A stretch of DNA of 64,000 nt from Octopus vulgaris (Eukaryota): contig OX597841.1 of assembly GCA_951406725.2 (NCBI GenBank), forward strand, positions 26,660,001 through 26,724,000, given 5' to 3'. Positions 39,565-53,563 of the stretch are shown in pieces. Position 1 is the first letter of the stretch; the number at the start of each line of letters is the position of its first letter. The position numbers were made by a program, and so were the translations under genes. Under the pieces are notes generated by a model that was given only the letters and a program-made list of their open reading frames with translations, had not been told where the DNA came from and ran no database searches.

Positions 39565-39671
39565 TTACCTATCTATCTATCTATCTATCATCTATCTATC
39601 TATCTATCTTTCTATCTATTTACCTATCTATCTATCTATCTATCTATCATCTATCTATCATCTATCTATAC

Positions 39672-39720
<49 letters not shown>

Positions 39721-39775
39721 ATCTATCTATCTATCTATCTATCTATTTACCTATCTATCTATCTATCTATCTATC

Positions 39776-39831
<56 letters not shown>

Positions 39832-39875
39832 GTCTGTCTATATCTATCTATATCTGTTTGTGTGTATCTATCTAA
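39426..39875. repeat. (TATC)n microsatellite with variants
   Basis: Directly visible. Confidence 0.95.
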
Positions 39876-41064
39876 TGCATATATACAATTTGACATATAC
39901 AGACATATATATATATATACACATACATACATATATGTGTGTGTGTGTGTGTCTGTGTGTGTGTATACACACACACACACACGCACTTATAGTATTTCAT
40001 ACCAGGCTCTAAACGCACATCCTGTTCGTGATATACACACCTAACTACATTTCCACACACAAAAACACAAATACACACAAACAATATGACAATAAAATCG
40101 CCAAAGACGTGGACACATCCGTCCACATTAAACACAAAAAAATAAATCATACATACTGCAAGATACATACATACATACCTACATACATTCATTCATATAT
40201 ATATATATATATATATATATCATGTGTGTGTGTGTATATAATACTTTCTATTTAGTCATTATTACGCGACCACAATATACATTTTTATTCATTTTGTTCG
40301 TCCATTTTTTTCCCCGCTTCTGGAGAAGGTTATGGTAATTGGCGTGTGACAGCAAGTGCAGAAGACAAAACAAACCATTTTAGCGTAAATATGCGTAGCT
40401 TGTGATGTGGCAGGGAGGTATGGCGTGTTGGGAGCGCCTTGTCTCTCTCTCTTTTCTTCGTTTCTGGTCTGGCCTGGTGGTGTGGTGTGGTGTGGTGTGG
40501 TGTGACGTGGCGTGGTGTGGCACAGGTGAAGAGTGCAATCTGGATTACAAAGAGGTGTTAAGGTGCAACGGAAGATTTCGAATATTTCTTTTATAACTTG
40601 TATTTCATTCAATTTAACGTGTTGTGTGTGTGAGGGAAAGAGAGAGAGAGAGAGAGACAGAGACAGAGAGAGATGGAGAGAGTGAAAGAGAGAGATGGTG
40701 TGTGTGTGAATGTATGTATGTGACTGTGGGGGGAGAGTGGGTATGATGGTGATAGGGGTAAGCGGGTGGCACTGATTCTTATCAAACTTTTTACGCTTGC
40801 ACACACACACACACGTTTGTACATGTATGCATGTGTATTTATACGTGAATACATATATATAAGTATATATATATATATATAGATAAGTATATATATATAT
40901 ATATACTTATATATGTATACATACACTTCTCTCTAGTATAGTGTGCGTATATATATATATATATATATATATACGCACACACATACACATATCTATACAT
41001 ATATATATACTTCTATTTCTGTATATTTTATTTACATGCTCTTTTATATTTAGACACTCACGTG

Positions 41065-41110
<46 letters not shown>

Positions 41111-41183
41111 CGTATCATCCATAGATTTTTATAGGTGAATACATGCATATACACCTATAGATGCACACATATACATGCATACA

Positions 41184-41262
<79 letters not shown>

Positions 41263-41851
41263 ATATGTATATATATATATATACACACACGTATCTTCAT
41301 AGGTTTGTCCTCTTTCTTGTCATAAATGCAAATCCAAAAACGTTTCCTACAAATACCTCTTTTTTCTCTTGTCCCTCTTCTTTTCTTTTTTTTCTTCTGG
41401 TCGTCTTTTCGCTTCTCTAATTATCTTTTATGTCCCATCCTTTAGTTTCGATTTCATTTTTCCTTCTTTACATTTCTTCTTCTTCCTCTTCCACTCATTC
41501 TTCTGCCGTATACATTCTTCATATACGTTTTCTCAATCACTGTATTTGTTTTTATATTGTTTTCTATTCTTGTCTCTTATTTTTCTTTTCTTCTCTGTTC
41601 CCTCTCATTATTGTTGTTGTTCTTCTTCTTCTTTCATTCTTTCCGCAGCAATTTATTCATATTTCATTTTTTTCTTCTTTGTTTATCCATTCTTCATCCT
41701 CATTCCTTTTCTCCTACTTCATTCTTTTTCATTCTCCTTTCATTCATTCTTACACACACCTCCACCCTTTTTCCTTCTTTCCTTCATTTTTTATTCATCA
41801 TTCTTTTTCTTTCTTCATTGTCCTTCAGTCTTCTTTCAGTCATTCATACAC

Positions 41852-42334
41852 TCTTCTTCTTCTTCTTCTTCTTCTTCTTCTTCTTCTTCTTCTTCTTCTT
41901 CTTCTTCTTCTTCGAATTCTTCTTCTTCTTCTCCTCCTCCTCCTCCTCCTCCTCCTACTTCTTCTTCTTCTTCTTCTTCGAATTTTTCTGCTACGAATTC
42001 TTCTTCTCCTCCTACTCCTCCTCCTTGTTGTTGTTGTTGTTCTTCTTCTTCTTCGAATTCTTCTCCTCCTCCTCCTCCTACTTCTTCTTCGAATTCTTCT
42101 TCGAATTCTTCTTCTCCTCCTCCTCCTACTTCTTCTTTTTCTTCTTCTTCTCCTCCTCCTCCTCCTTCTTCTTCTTCTCCTCCTTCTTCTTCTTCTTCTC
42201 CTCCTCCTCCTCCTTGTTGTTGTGGTTGTTGTTCTTCTTCGAATTCTTCTTCTTCGAATTCTTCTTCTTCTCCTCCTCCTCCTCCTCCTCCTTGTTGTTG
42301 TTGTTGTTCTTCTTCTTCTTCGAATTCTTCTTCG
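41852..42334. repeat. (TTC/TCC/TTG)n tract with recurring TCGAATTC
   Basis: Directly visible. Internal duplications spread the GAATTC variant about nine times. Confidence 0.9.
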
Positions 42335-42588
42335 TAAAAAAACTCATCATAACTCTTGTCCCTCATGCTATTCAAAACAAGTAGCTATCAGAAACCTAAC
42401 TCTCCTCTCCGTCTTACATCTATCTGTCTGTTTGTCTGTCCGCTTGTTTATCTATATCTCCCCACCTATCCAGCTGTCTTTCTATCCGCTTCGACGCTGT
42501 GCCCCAGCATGGCCGCTGACCAATCTCTGAAATTATCGGGTCATCCCATAAGTAATGTCCCGATTTTAAATAAGGAAAATAAATGATA

Positions 42589-43165
42589 GGTGCAGGAGTG
42601 GCTGTGTGGTAAGTAGCTTGCTTACCAACCACATGGATCCGGGTTCAGTCCCACTGCGTGGCACCTTGGCCAAGTGTCTTCTGCTATAGCCTCGGGTCGA
42701 CCAAAGACTTGTGAGTGGATTTGGTAGACGGAAACTGAAAGAAGCCCGTCGCGTATATGTATTTATGTATGTTGGTGCAGGAGTGGCTGTGTGGTAAGTA
42801 GCTTGCTTATCAACCACATGGTTCCGGGTTCAGTCCCACTGCGTGGCACCTTGGGCAAGTGTCTTCTACAATAGCCTCGGGTCGACCAAAGCCTTGTGAG
42901 TGGATTTGGTAGACAGAAACTGAAAGAAGCCCGTCGTATATGTGTGTGTGCGCGTATGTTAATGTGTCTGTGTTTGTCCCCTACCATCGCTTGACAACCG
43001 ATGCTAGTGTGTCTACGTCCCCGTAACTTAGCGGTTCGGCAAAAAGAGACGGATTGAATAAGTACTAGGCTTACAAAGAATAAGGCCTGGGGTCGAGTTG
43101 GTCGACTAAAGGCGGTGCTCTAGTACGGCCACAGTCAAATGACTGAAACAAGAGTAAAGAGAGAG
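42589..43165 (+). mobile_element. SINE family A with duplicated head (42589-42752 plus full copy from 42774)
   Basis: Two GGTGCAGGAGTGG starts 185 bp apart. Confidence 0.9.
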
Positions 43166-43509
43166 AAAACGGAGAAATATTTATGAACAACAATTGACTA
43201 AAATCAGTTAACACTTTTTAATACAAATAGACTGTATGCCATCTAACAGCTGTTTCTGTTTCCAATGTCCCACAGTATTCCCAATGAAAATTCTGAAAAT
43301 AATATTCAACATATTTAGTAACACATCGCGTCAACGGTGTAAGGTATTTACTGGTGGTCGAGCAGGTACGAAGTTATCTGCGATCCTTATGCCAGTGCTT
43401 TCGGTCGCGTCGACGATGTAAGGTCGGATGGTGATGATGTCGGTTGTGATAGGTTCTTGTTTTTTTATGGTAATCATGTGGCTATGATGACTGTTATGAT
43501 GATAGGGAT

Positions 43510-43687
43510 TGGTGGTGGTGATGATGATGATGATGATGATGATGATGGTAGTTAGAAATTCCATGATGGCGATGCGGATGCAATCAGAGAGCAGAGATGA
43601 GGATTATGGTGATGTGATGATGATGATGGTAGAGTTTAAGATGCTGACATTGACCTCATCATGATGATGATGAGGATGATGATGGAA

Positions 43688-43763
<76 letters not shown>

Positions 43764-44190
43764 GGATGATGATGGGAAATGATGATGATGATGAGGATGA
43801 GGATGATGATGATGATGATGATGACGCTGATGCTGATGCGATTAGAGAGCAAATAATGATGATGGCAGTAATACTGAGGATTGTAATGATGATGATGATG
43901 GTTATGATTACGATGAAGGTGACGCCGATGCCATCAGGGAGCAGAGATGATGATGATGATGATGATGTTGATGGAATGATGACAATGCTGTGAGGCTGAC
44001 AGTGATGTCCTGATGATGATGATGATGGTAATGTTGCTGCTGATCATGATGATGATGATAAGAGTGATGGTTACTGATGTGGTAATAATGATGTTGATTC
44101 TGATGATGATGTCGCTTGTAGGAATCAGAGAAATGATGATGGTTCCAGTGGTGATGATGATGATGATGATGATGATCATGATGGTGATAT
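43510..44190. repeat. (GAT)n low-complexity tract
   Basis: Directly visible. Confidence 0.9.
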
Positions 44191-44841
44191 AGAAAAAAAA
44201 AGGGGCCGTGTCCTTCCTCTAACAATATTATTTCGCCTAACCACACCCATACGCAAACTCTCTCTCTCTCTCTCTCTCACTCTCACACACACACACACAA
44301 ACAAATAAAAAAATACATAGGGAAGTAAATACAAAGAAATGAGAAAAAAATACTGTGAACGAGAAAAAAAGGGGCGACCTTGTCCCGAAATTATGTATTT
44401 TTTTTTTTTTTTTTTTTTTTTACTTATTTTTCAGAAATATTCCCTTGTTCCACCCTTGAACTGCGCTCAAATATGGCGGACTCTTGATAAGGTCAGCAGA
44501 AAGATGTCATAACAGGAGGGCAGCGGGAACAGCAACGAAAGGGGAATGTGGGTAGAAAGGGCGGTTGGGGGGAAACCGACTTATCGGTATGTCTGTTGTG
44601 TGTGTGTGTGTGTATGTGTGTGTGTGTAGGTAAATCTCCTTTTGCTTTTGTGTGTGTGTGTAGGGGTTGAGGGTTGGACGATGACGGTGTCTCAAATGTT
44701 TTTTTGTTTCTCGGTATTTGGAAGAGGGGAGAGGTAATTTAAGGGGTGGTGGTGGTGGTGGCGATGGAGCTGGTGGTTACGATGGCGGTGTGATGTCTGA
44801 CCAATGGGAATAAAAAAGGGAGCTTATCTATTGTATGTATT

Positions 44842-44883
<42 letters not shown>

Positions 44884-45159
44884 ATGTGTGTATATATATA
44901 TATACACATACAAATATACATAAGCAAATATATGTGTATATATATATATGTTTGTATATATATTTATATAAATATATATACAAACATATATATATAAATA
45001 TATATATATATACACAAATATATATATATATATATGTATATACATATGCAAGTTACACATACACATATATTTCGTCCATCTTATATGTGTGAATACATCT
45101 GTGTGTGTATGCATACATATCTGTGTTGTGTAGATGTACGTAATTATGTCTACATGCAT

Positions 45160-45218
<59 letters not shown>

Positions 45219-45491
45219 TATACACGCGTGAGAGAAAGGTGTGTGTACCCGTCCGCATAAATATATGTATACATGTGTATATCTTTATAGACTTTATAAA
45301 TGCATATAAGACTGTGGATATGTGGGTCTGTGTGACGCATCTATGTATGAAATAATCTGTAATTTTACAAATTATATTTTTTCCACGACGTCGTAAGTAT
45401 AGCTTCTATCTTACAATAGTTAAGACGAAAATATGATCATCGTAGATGTTTATGGTTAATACTGACAGAAAAAAGCGGTTATAGCAAACAT

Positions 45492-45875
45492 GTGGAGGCG
45501 CAATGGCCCAGTGGTTAGGGCAGCGGACTCGCGGTCATAGGATCGCGGTTTCGATTCCCAGACCGGGCGTTGTGAGTGTTTATTGAGCGAAAACACCTAA
45601 AGCTCCACGAGGCTCCGGCAGGGGATGGTGGTGATCCCTGCTGTACTCTTTCACCACAACTTTCTCTCTCTTACTTCCTGCTTCTGTTGTACCTGTATTT
45701 CAAAGGGCCGGCCTTGTCACTCTCTGTGTCACGCTGAATATCCCCGAGAACTACGTTAAGGGTACACGTGTCTGTGGAGTGCTCAGCCACTTACACGTTA
45801 ATTTCATGAGCAGGCTGTTCCGTTGATTCGGATCAATCAGAACCCTCATCGTCGTAACCGACGGAGTGCTTCCCC
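45492..45875 (+). mobile_element. SINE family C, full length, 12-bp TSD
   Basis: TATAGCAAACAT at 45480-45491 and 45876-45887. A and B boxes intact. Confidence 0.92.
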
Positions 45876-45929
45876 TATAGCAAACATTTATTCTACACGC
45901 AATATTTACGGAATGTTCTCCCTTGTGTA

Positions 45930-45967
<38 letters not shown>

Positions 45968-45981
45968 TATATATACATATT

Positions 45982-46162
45982 CTTGTTTCAGTCATTTGAC
46001 TGCGGCCAGGCTGGAGCACCGCCTTTAGTCGAACAAATCGAGCTCAGGACTTATTCTTTGTAAGTCAAGTACTTATTTTATCGGTCACTTTTGCCAAGCC
46101 GCTAAGTTACGAGAACGTAAACACACCGACACCGGTTGTCAAGCGTGGTGGTGGTGGGGCAA
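45982..46162 (-). mobile_element. SINE family A, 3' half
   Basis: CTTGTTTCAGTCATTTGACTGCGGCC..CCGCTAAGTTACG..GGTTGTCAAGCG. Confidence 0.82.
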
Positions 46163-46239
46163 ACGCTTTCTTTTACCTGTACTTTCTTTTACCTGTACTT
46201 TCTTTTACCCAAAACCAGGAACTTTTCAGCACTCCCTCA

Positions 46240-46302
<63 letters not shown>

Positions 46303-46303
46303 A

Positions 46304-46358
<55 letters not shown>

Positions 46359-47142
46359 ATGTGTGTTGTGTATATATGTATATAAAGTTACAAATTACCC
46401 AGAAATACTTTCACGAAATTTCTTTTAACAATAAGAAAATTCTGATATCCTGACAAATTGTTTCGTAACTTAATAACATGTAGATAATTTATATTATCAT
46501 ATTTAATAATAAATATATTTCTTACATGCTTTCATTAATGCAAAAGTCAAAAATTGCTTCAAAATAATATGTATACATCTTTTACTCTTTTACGTGTTTC
46601 AGCCATTTGGCTGCGGCCATACTGGAGCATATATTTAACATTTTATATATGGTGCCTTGATTTATTTGTGCTATAAATACAAATTCACGTTTTCCTCTCC
46701 ACATGACTCAATTTATTCCAATGTGCTTATTTTTTATCCAATATTTCCTTTCCTCAGGAGCTGACTCCTTCCGTCTGGCACCGCGTGGAGGTAGGAACAT
46801 TGCTGGAATATATTACTGTAATTGTTGTTGTTGTTGTTGTCTTCGTCGTCCTTTTAACTATTTTGATGTTGTTTCTCTTATCGTTAATGTTCTTATTGCT
46901 TTTGTTGTTTTTTTATATCGCTGTTGTTACTGTACTGCTCTTACTTTCGCCGTTGTTGTTGTTACTCTTGTTATTCTTACCGATGCTTTACATGTTACTT
47001 CTATTTATTGTTGAGCTCTGGTCAGCACTGACCATGCATACACATTATCAAAGATATTCAAGCCGGGACTATCACGATAAATTTAGGAGCATCTAGGAAT
47101 GCATTATTACAATGTGCTTGCTTTATATTTATGAAATTAGGA

Positions 47143-47282
47143 CAGCGGCTTTCAACCGTGGCTTCGGGGGCCGTATGCAGCCCTCAAACATCCTTCCGGT
47201 GGCTCTCAACGGCTTGCTCTCTACGAATGTAATACATTTTTTCTTTAATTGGCTTCTATTTCAATTTTTTGGTTCGGCTCCC
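47143..47282 (+). mobile_element. Possible hAT-type MITE left end
   Basis: CAGCGGCTTTCAACCGTGGC..GGGCCGTATGCAGCCC resembles hAT/Charlie termini. No partner end found. Confidence 0.35.
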
Positions 47283-47609
47283 TAAAACAAAAAAAAAAAA
47301 ATATAGAATCCAGCTTTTGGATCGGACCCGGATATTAGAAAGGTTGATATGGCAGAAGTCAATTCGTGACCGAATAGGACCGATTCTTAAACCATTTAAG
47401 TTCTGAAAGTCTAAGACATTCTTGTGCATGAATTTGTATCGAGTGGATAAAGGATCGCACCACACGGAACCCACTTTTCCACTTCATCAGTCTATAAAAC
47501 CAGCGACCCACAGAGGGGCAGACGACCACAAATGCCGATTCTTAAAGCTTGTCTTATTTAAATAATAACGGTCTCAAATTTTGTCTGAAGGGCATCCATT
47601 TTGGGTGAA

Positions 47610-47877
47610 GGTATGAGTCAATTATATCAACCCCATTGTTTAACTGGTACTTATTTTATCGACCCCGAAAGTATGAAAGGCAAAGTCGACCTCAGCGGAA
47701 TCTGAACCCGTAAGTAACACAGATGAAATACCTATTTCTTTACTACCCACAAGGAGCTAAACACAGAGGGGACAAACAAGGACAGACAAACGGATTAAGT
47801 CAATTACATCGACCCCCAGTGCGTAACTGGTACTTAATTTATCGACCCCGAAAGGACGAAAGGCAAAGTCGACCTCG
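47610..47877 (-). mobile_element. SINE family B partial dimer
   Basis: Junction GAAATACCTATTTCTTTA near 47725 is the same as in the other multimers. Confidence 0.82.
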
Positions 47878-47964
47878 GTCTCTTTTGTCGAACTGCTAAG
47901 TGACGGGGTCATAAACATACCAGCATCAGTTGTCAAACAAGTCTACGGGGACAAACAGAGACAC

Positions 47965-48039
<75 letters not shown>

Positions 48040-48182
48040 TACGACGGGATTCTTTCAGTTTCCGTCTACCAAATCCACTCACAATAGTAGAAGACACCTG
48101 CCGAAGATGCCACGCAGTGGGACTGAACTCGGAACCATGTGGCTGGTAAGCAAGCTACTTACCGCACAGCCACTCTTGCGCC
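47876..48182 (-). mobile_element. SINE family A, tail-less, fused to family B
   Basis: ..GTCGACCTCGG|TCTCTTTTGTCGAAC.. junction on the shared TCGG. Head ends CACTCTTGCGCC. Confidence 0.85.
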
Positions 48183-48977
48183 TATATGTATTTGCGTGTG
48201 TATATATATACGTATGTATATGCATTTATGTATGCGCATGTGTGCATGTCTAAGTTATATATATGTATATATATATATATATATATTTATGAACTTGTCT
48301 GTATATGCTGGTGTGTATGTATGTGTGTGTAAATGCCTGTAGATTTGTCTGTATGCATGTGCGTGTGTGCGCTTGTGTACCTATACATGTAAGTGCTTGT
48401 ATGTGTATTTATGTATGTGTATAAATGTGTGTGTCTGTCTGTGTGTGTATATGCCTGTGTATTGTGTATATGCCTGTGTATTGTGTATATGTATTGTGTA
48501 TGTGTGTGAGTGTATATATATGTATGCGTGTATATATATATATATATGTGTGTGTGTGTATAAATGTGTGTGAGTGTCTGTGTAATGAGGGGTGGGCTAT
48601 TATGGACCCAGGACATAACTTTAAATACAGCAACACATTGATTATAATAATCAACGTCGTTCGACTTCGGCGTAAGACAAGGCGACGCGTTTACAGCGAT
48701 GTCATTTGTACCAGAACGGACGGAAAGAGAAACCGCGGGATCGGGTGGTGAGAACTTAGTTCGCGTCCGGCTTTTTGCTCCCTCGGGGGGTATTTAAGCT
48801 ACTAATACATCTACTGTTACTATTACTACTGGTGCGTAATTAAGCCAAGCCTGCAATCTAATTTCGATATTAGTTCAAAGGAAAAATGTTTCGGGACTGA
48901 CTGACTGACTAGTGTTAGCAGGGTTCTTTTGTTTGTGTTGTAGATGTGTGTGTATGGATGTGTGTGTGTGTGTGTGT

Positions 48978-49020
<43 letters not shown>

Positions 49021-49026
<6 letters not shown>

Positions 49027-49344
49027 TGTGTGTGTGTGGATATCTAGATGTGTGCGTGTGTGTGTACTTATGTATTACTGTGTAGCTGTGTGGGTATGGA
49101 TGTTGTAGTTCTGTGTATGTGAGTGTGGATATGTAGATGTGTGCGTGTGGATGTGTGTGTATGGATGTGTGTGTGTGTGTTGATATGTAGCTGTGTGTGT
49201 GTGTGTGTGTGTGTTTGTGTGTGTGTGGATATCTAGATGTGTGCGTGTGTGTGTACTTATGTATTACTGTGTGCTGTGTGGGTATGGATGTTGTAGTTCT
49301 GTGTATGTGAGTGTGGATATGTAGATGTGTGCGTGTGGATGTGT
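49021..49344. repeat. Direct duplication of about 135 bp in TG-rich sequence
   Basis: GGATATCTAGATGTGTGCG..GGATATGTAGATGTGTGCGTGTGGATGTGT occurs twice (near 49038 and 49227). Confidence 0.8.
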
Positions 49345-50042
49345 AGTGATTGGATGTGGGTGTACATGTATATGACTGCAGTTGTGTATGGATGTGTAGC
49401 TCTGTGTATGTGTATGGATATGTAACTATGTGTGTGTATATGGATGTGTGCGTGTGGGTGTGTAGTAATAATTGTGTGTGTACGTATGTATGACTAGCTG
49501 TGTGTGTGTGGATATGTCGCTCCGTATGTATGTGTGTGTGTACGCATGTATGACTGTAGATGTGTGTATGGATTTGTAGCTGTGTTTGTGTGGGTGTGTG
49601 TGTGTGTGACTGTGTAGATGTGTGTGTGGATGTGTAGCTCTGTATGTGTGTGTGTATGACTAGCTGTGTGTGTATTTGTGATTGTGTGTGTGCTCGCGCG
49701 CGCTCTTGTGTATATCTTTCTCAAGGAATGTGTGTAAACCTGTTTTGTGCGTGTGTTTATATATGTTTATGTATGTGTACACGTGTGAATATACGGGTGT
49801 GTGTATGTGTTATATTAGTTGCTTAGTAGTGTGTTTGTGTATGGCTGTGTAGCTGTGTGTGTGTGTGAAAGAGAGGGAGAGAGTTTGGTGTATACCTGCT
49901 TTTGTGCGTGTGTATATATGTATATGTGTGTATGCGTGTGTATGTGTTGCATTAGTTACTTGGTAGTGTGTGTAAGCGAATATGTTCATGTTTGTTTAGC
50001 TGTGTATGTGTGTGTGTGTGTCTAAATTTGGTTAATGGTATG

Positions 50043-50095
<53 letters not shown>

Positions 50096-50100
50096 GTATA

Positions 50101-50131
<31 letters not shown>

Positions 50132-50142
50132 GTGTACGTATA

Positions 50143-50181
<39 letters not shown>

Positions 50182-50704
50182 GCGCTTGCGCTTGTGAGTG
50201 TCGTGCATGTGATAGCTAATGTGTATGGTTATATCTAGCAGAATGCGTTGTTGTTATGTAACCACTGGTTAGCTCAGACCGAGAAGTCCTGTGATCAATT
50301 GCATTCCATCCGTGACAATCTCCGTCTCGTTTTTCTATGTGCACCCAGTGAACTCAGTAACAAACGTGTTTTTAAGGTGATAAGTGCGGTTTGGTTTGTG
50401 GGAGATTTAGCTGGTATTTCTAGCGAACAGGTAGAGGTTTCTCTTAGTATTCGTCTTGCAAAATGTGTGTGCCTATATTCGAACGTGTGTGTATACGTGT
50501 CGTTGTGTGTATGTGTATGTCTGTTGACGTATATAAATCTCGGTGGCTGAGTATTCCTGACAACCTGTGTGTGTATATGCCATAGTACGTGTCACTATCT
50601 GCTCAGAAGTATATGTATATACTGAAGCGTGTGTAAGTATGAAGTATATGATTGTATGGCTGAATACACCTGAGTGTGTGCGTGCTTTGGTGTGTGTGTG
50701 TACT

Positions 50705-50741
<37 letters not shown>

Positions 50742-50772
50742 TATATATATATATATATATATATTTAGCCAG

Positions 50773-50844
50773 TCCTCGGTAGTATAGTGGTAAATATCCC
50801 CGCCTATTACGCGGGAGACCGGGGTTCGATTCTTCGCCGGGGAT
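50773..50844 (+). tRNA. tRNA-Asp-derived gene or pseudogene with anticodon ATT
   Basis: TCCTCGGTAGTATAGTGGTAAATATCCCCGCCT[ATT]ACGCGGGAGACCGGGGTTCGATTCTTCGCCGGGGAT closely follows metazoan tRNA-Asp(GTC). Cloverleaf can form, T-stem has two G-U pairs, discriminator is T, and TTTT lies about 15 nt downstream. Confidence 0.8.
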
Positions 50845-50949
50845 GCAAGTTAAATTCATTTTAACGGTGGTGCCCCAGCATGGCCGCAGCTCTAAGCTGA
50901 AACTACAAAAAAATATATATACTGCATGTTTGTGTGTGTGTGTGTGTGC

Positions 50950-50997
<48 letters not shown>

Positions 50998-52103
50998 CGT
51001 ATATGTATATACGTGTGTGTGTGTGTGTGTGTGTATGAATTGCAGGCATGTATTTGTGTGTGTGTGTATATATATATATATGTATGAACTGCATGGATGT
51101 ATGTGTGTATATATGTGTACTTGTGTATATCTAATGCTTGTATATATATATGCGTGTGCTTGTATATATGTATATACTTTGTGTGTGTGTGTGCACACGC
51201 GAATGTATCTATTTGTGTATTTGTTTAAGGGAGCGAGTGCGTTTGTGCGAGTGTCTGTACATATGAATATACTATGTGTGTGTGTATGTGTGTGTGTGTG
51301 TGTGTGTGTGCATGCGTGCGTGCGTCCTTACATTTGGCGGGACATATGAAACGCGAAACATAGAGCGACAGTTACACAAAGCACGCGCGGTGTGGCGCAG
51401 TGGTCGTGCGGTCGTAGTATGACTTAGGTTATGACACGTTATCGTATCTTGTGGAGTAGACGTGGCCTGGACGTGGTGTCGGCGTGGCGTGGCATGGTGT
51501 AGCGTGGCGTGGCACGGCGTGGAGGTTTTATTTCACATCGGTGTGTGGCGCTGGTTAGTGCGCTACGACAACATAGCCTGAAACATAAAGGATATTTAAC
51601 CACGTGCAATTTAGTTTCCGCCGCAATCATTATGACTGCCTTCTACTTTCACTTTCGCTTTTGGTATGTGGACTATTCGACTATTTGACTATTTCGACCA
51701 TACTGCTTCCACCGCTGCCGCCCCACTCCGCTGCTATTAAACACATACTAGTTTGTCACTTATTTGCCCCCTGGATACACATAGTCCCAAGGAGCAGTCG
51801 TCGGCACCACCGCCGCCTCCCGCCCATGCTACCGCACCTGCTTGGTCATCGCCATCGTCAGCTAGCACCACCATCAGACCTTGTCCTTCTCTGAATAAAA
51901 CCAAGAGTTCGTTCTCTTGCTGACTCCGGTTTCCTTTTTCTTTTTCTTCTATTTTTTTCTTTATATTTATTTACCCTTTTGTTGTGTGTTTTTCACTCTG
52001 ACCTTCACCAATGCCTCCGCTGAGAACTGAACCTGTCTCCTCCACTACACACCTTCAATCCCTCGCTACTAATATCCTTCATTGAATTTGACAGTGATTT
52101 CTC

Positions 52104-52139
<36 letters not shown>

Positions 52140-53164
52140 CTCTCTCCCCCTCTCTCATTCCTTCCCTCGCTATTTCCCTCTTTCTTTACTTCTCTAGTTC
52201 TGTTTCTCCTCCCTCCTTAACTCTTTGGTTTTCCATCTCTCTTTCCGTCTCTCCTTTCTTTCTTCTCTCATTTCTTCTTCTCCCCCCTTTCTATCTACCC
52301 CTCATTCATTCTCTCTCTCTCTCTCACTCAACTTCCATTCTCTTTCTCTCTCTCTTTCCATTCTTTTCCTCTCTTTCTCTCTCTCTTTCCATTCTCTTCC
52401 TATCTTTCTCTCTCCCTCTTTCCATTCTACTTCCTCTCTTTCTCTCTCTCTTTCTATTCTCTTCCTCTCCTCTCTCTTTCCATCTCTTCCTCTCTCTTTC
52501 CATTCCCTTTCTCTCTCTCTTTCCATTCTCTTCCTCTCTTTCTCTCTCTCTCTCCATTCTCTTCCTCTCTGTGTGTCTCTCTCTCTTTCTCTTCCTTGCC
52601 CTATTTCCTTCTCCCTCATCACTCCATCCCTGCCTCCATCATCTCCCTCTTTCTCTCTTTCCCCCCATCATCACTTTCTCTCGTCTCTTCCCTTGCATCC
52701 TCTTATTTCTTTTTCCTTTTCCATCTTCTTCCCTCTCTCTATCTCTCATCCCTCACAACAATAACACCAACAACACCTTCTCGCCCGCTCATTTCCACTC
52801 CATTTAACTTAGCCCCACTCAACGCTCAACCAGCGTTCCCTTCCTCACTCCATCCCTCACTCACACATTCACTCAATCCCTCACACTCCCACCTTCCTTT
52901 CACCTCTCACCTCCATCATTATCACCTGTCCTCTCCCACCAGTGTCCGCCATCTTCCCTGCAGTCACAAACAGCCAGCCATTACCTCAATAGTCAACACT
53001 AAGAGACTCCACAACGACTACTAACAATTACTAATATCACAACAGTACCAGCTACCACCACTACCACGACAATCATAACCGGTCATGGGTTAGCTAGACC
53101 TGCTAGAAATAGCAGCCAAATCTCCTTCAAATCATACTTTATTTTCCTTGTATGTATTCTTTCT

Positions 53165-53368
53165 TTATTTACTTGTTTCAGTCATTTGACTGCGGCCATG
53201 CTGGAGCACCGCCTTTAATCGAGCAACTCGACCCCGGGACTTGTTCTTTTGTAAGCCCAGTACTTATTCTATCGGTCTCTTTTGCCGAACCGCTAAGTAA
53301 CGGGGACATAAACACACCAGCATAGGTTGTCAAGCAATGCTAAAGGGACAAACACAAACACACACACA

Positions 53369-53400
<32 letters not shown>

Positions 53401-53563
53401 CGATGGGCTTCTTTCAGTTTCCGTCTACCAAATCTACTCACAAGGCTTTGGTCGAACCGAGGCTATAGTAGAAGACACTTGCCCAAGGTGCCACGCAGTG
53501 GGACTGAACCCGGAACCATGTTGTTGGTAAAGAAGCTACTTACCACACAGCCACTCCTGCGCC
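53165..53563 (-). mobile_element. SINE family A, full length
   Basis: Complete head, body and tail. Confidence 0.92.

Noticed and set aside
41369-42530. Long Ser/Leu/Phe/Glu-rich ORFs
   Set aside because: (TTC/TCC)n tract with all frames open.
43604-44246. Poly-His, poly-Asp and poly-Met ORFs
   Set aside because: (GAT)n microsatellite.
51386-51420. A-box-like TGGCGCAGTGG suggesting a tRNA
   Set aside because: No B box or cloverleaf follows.
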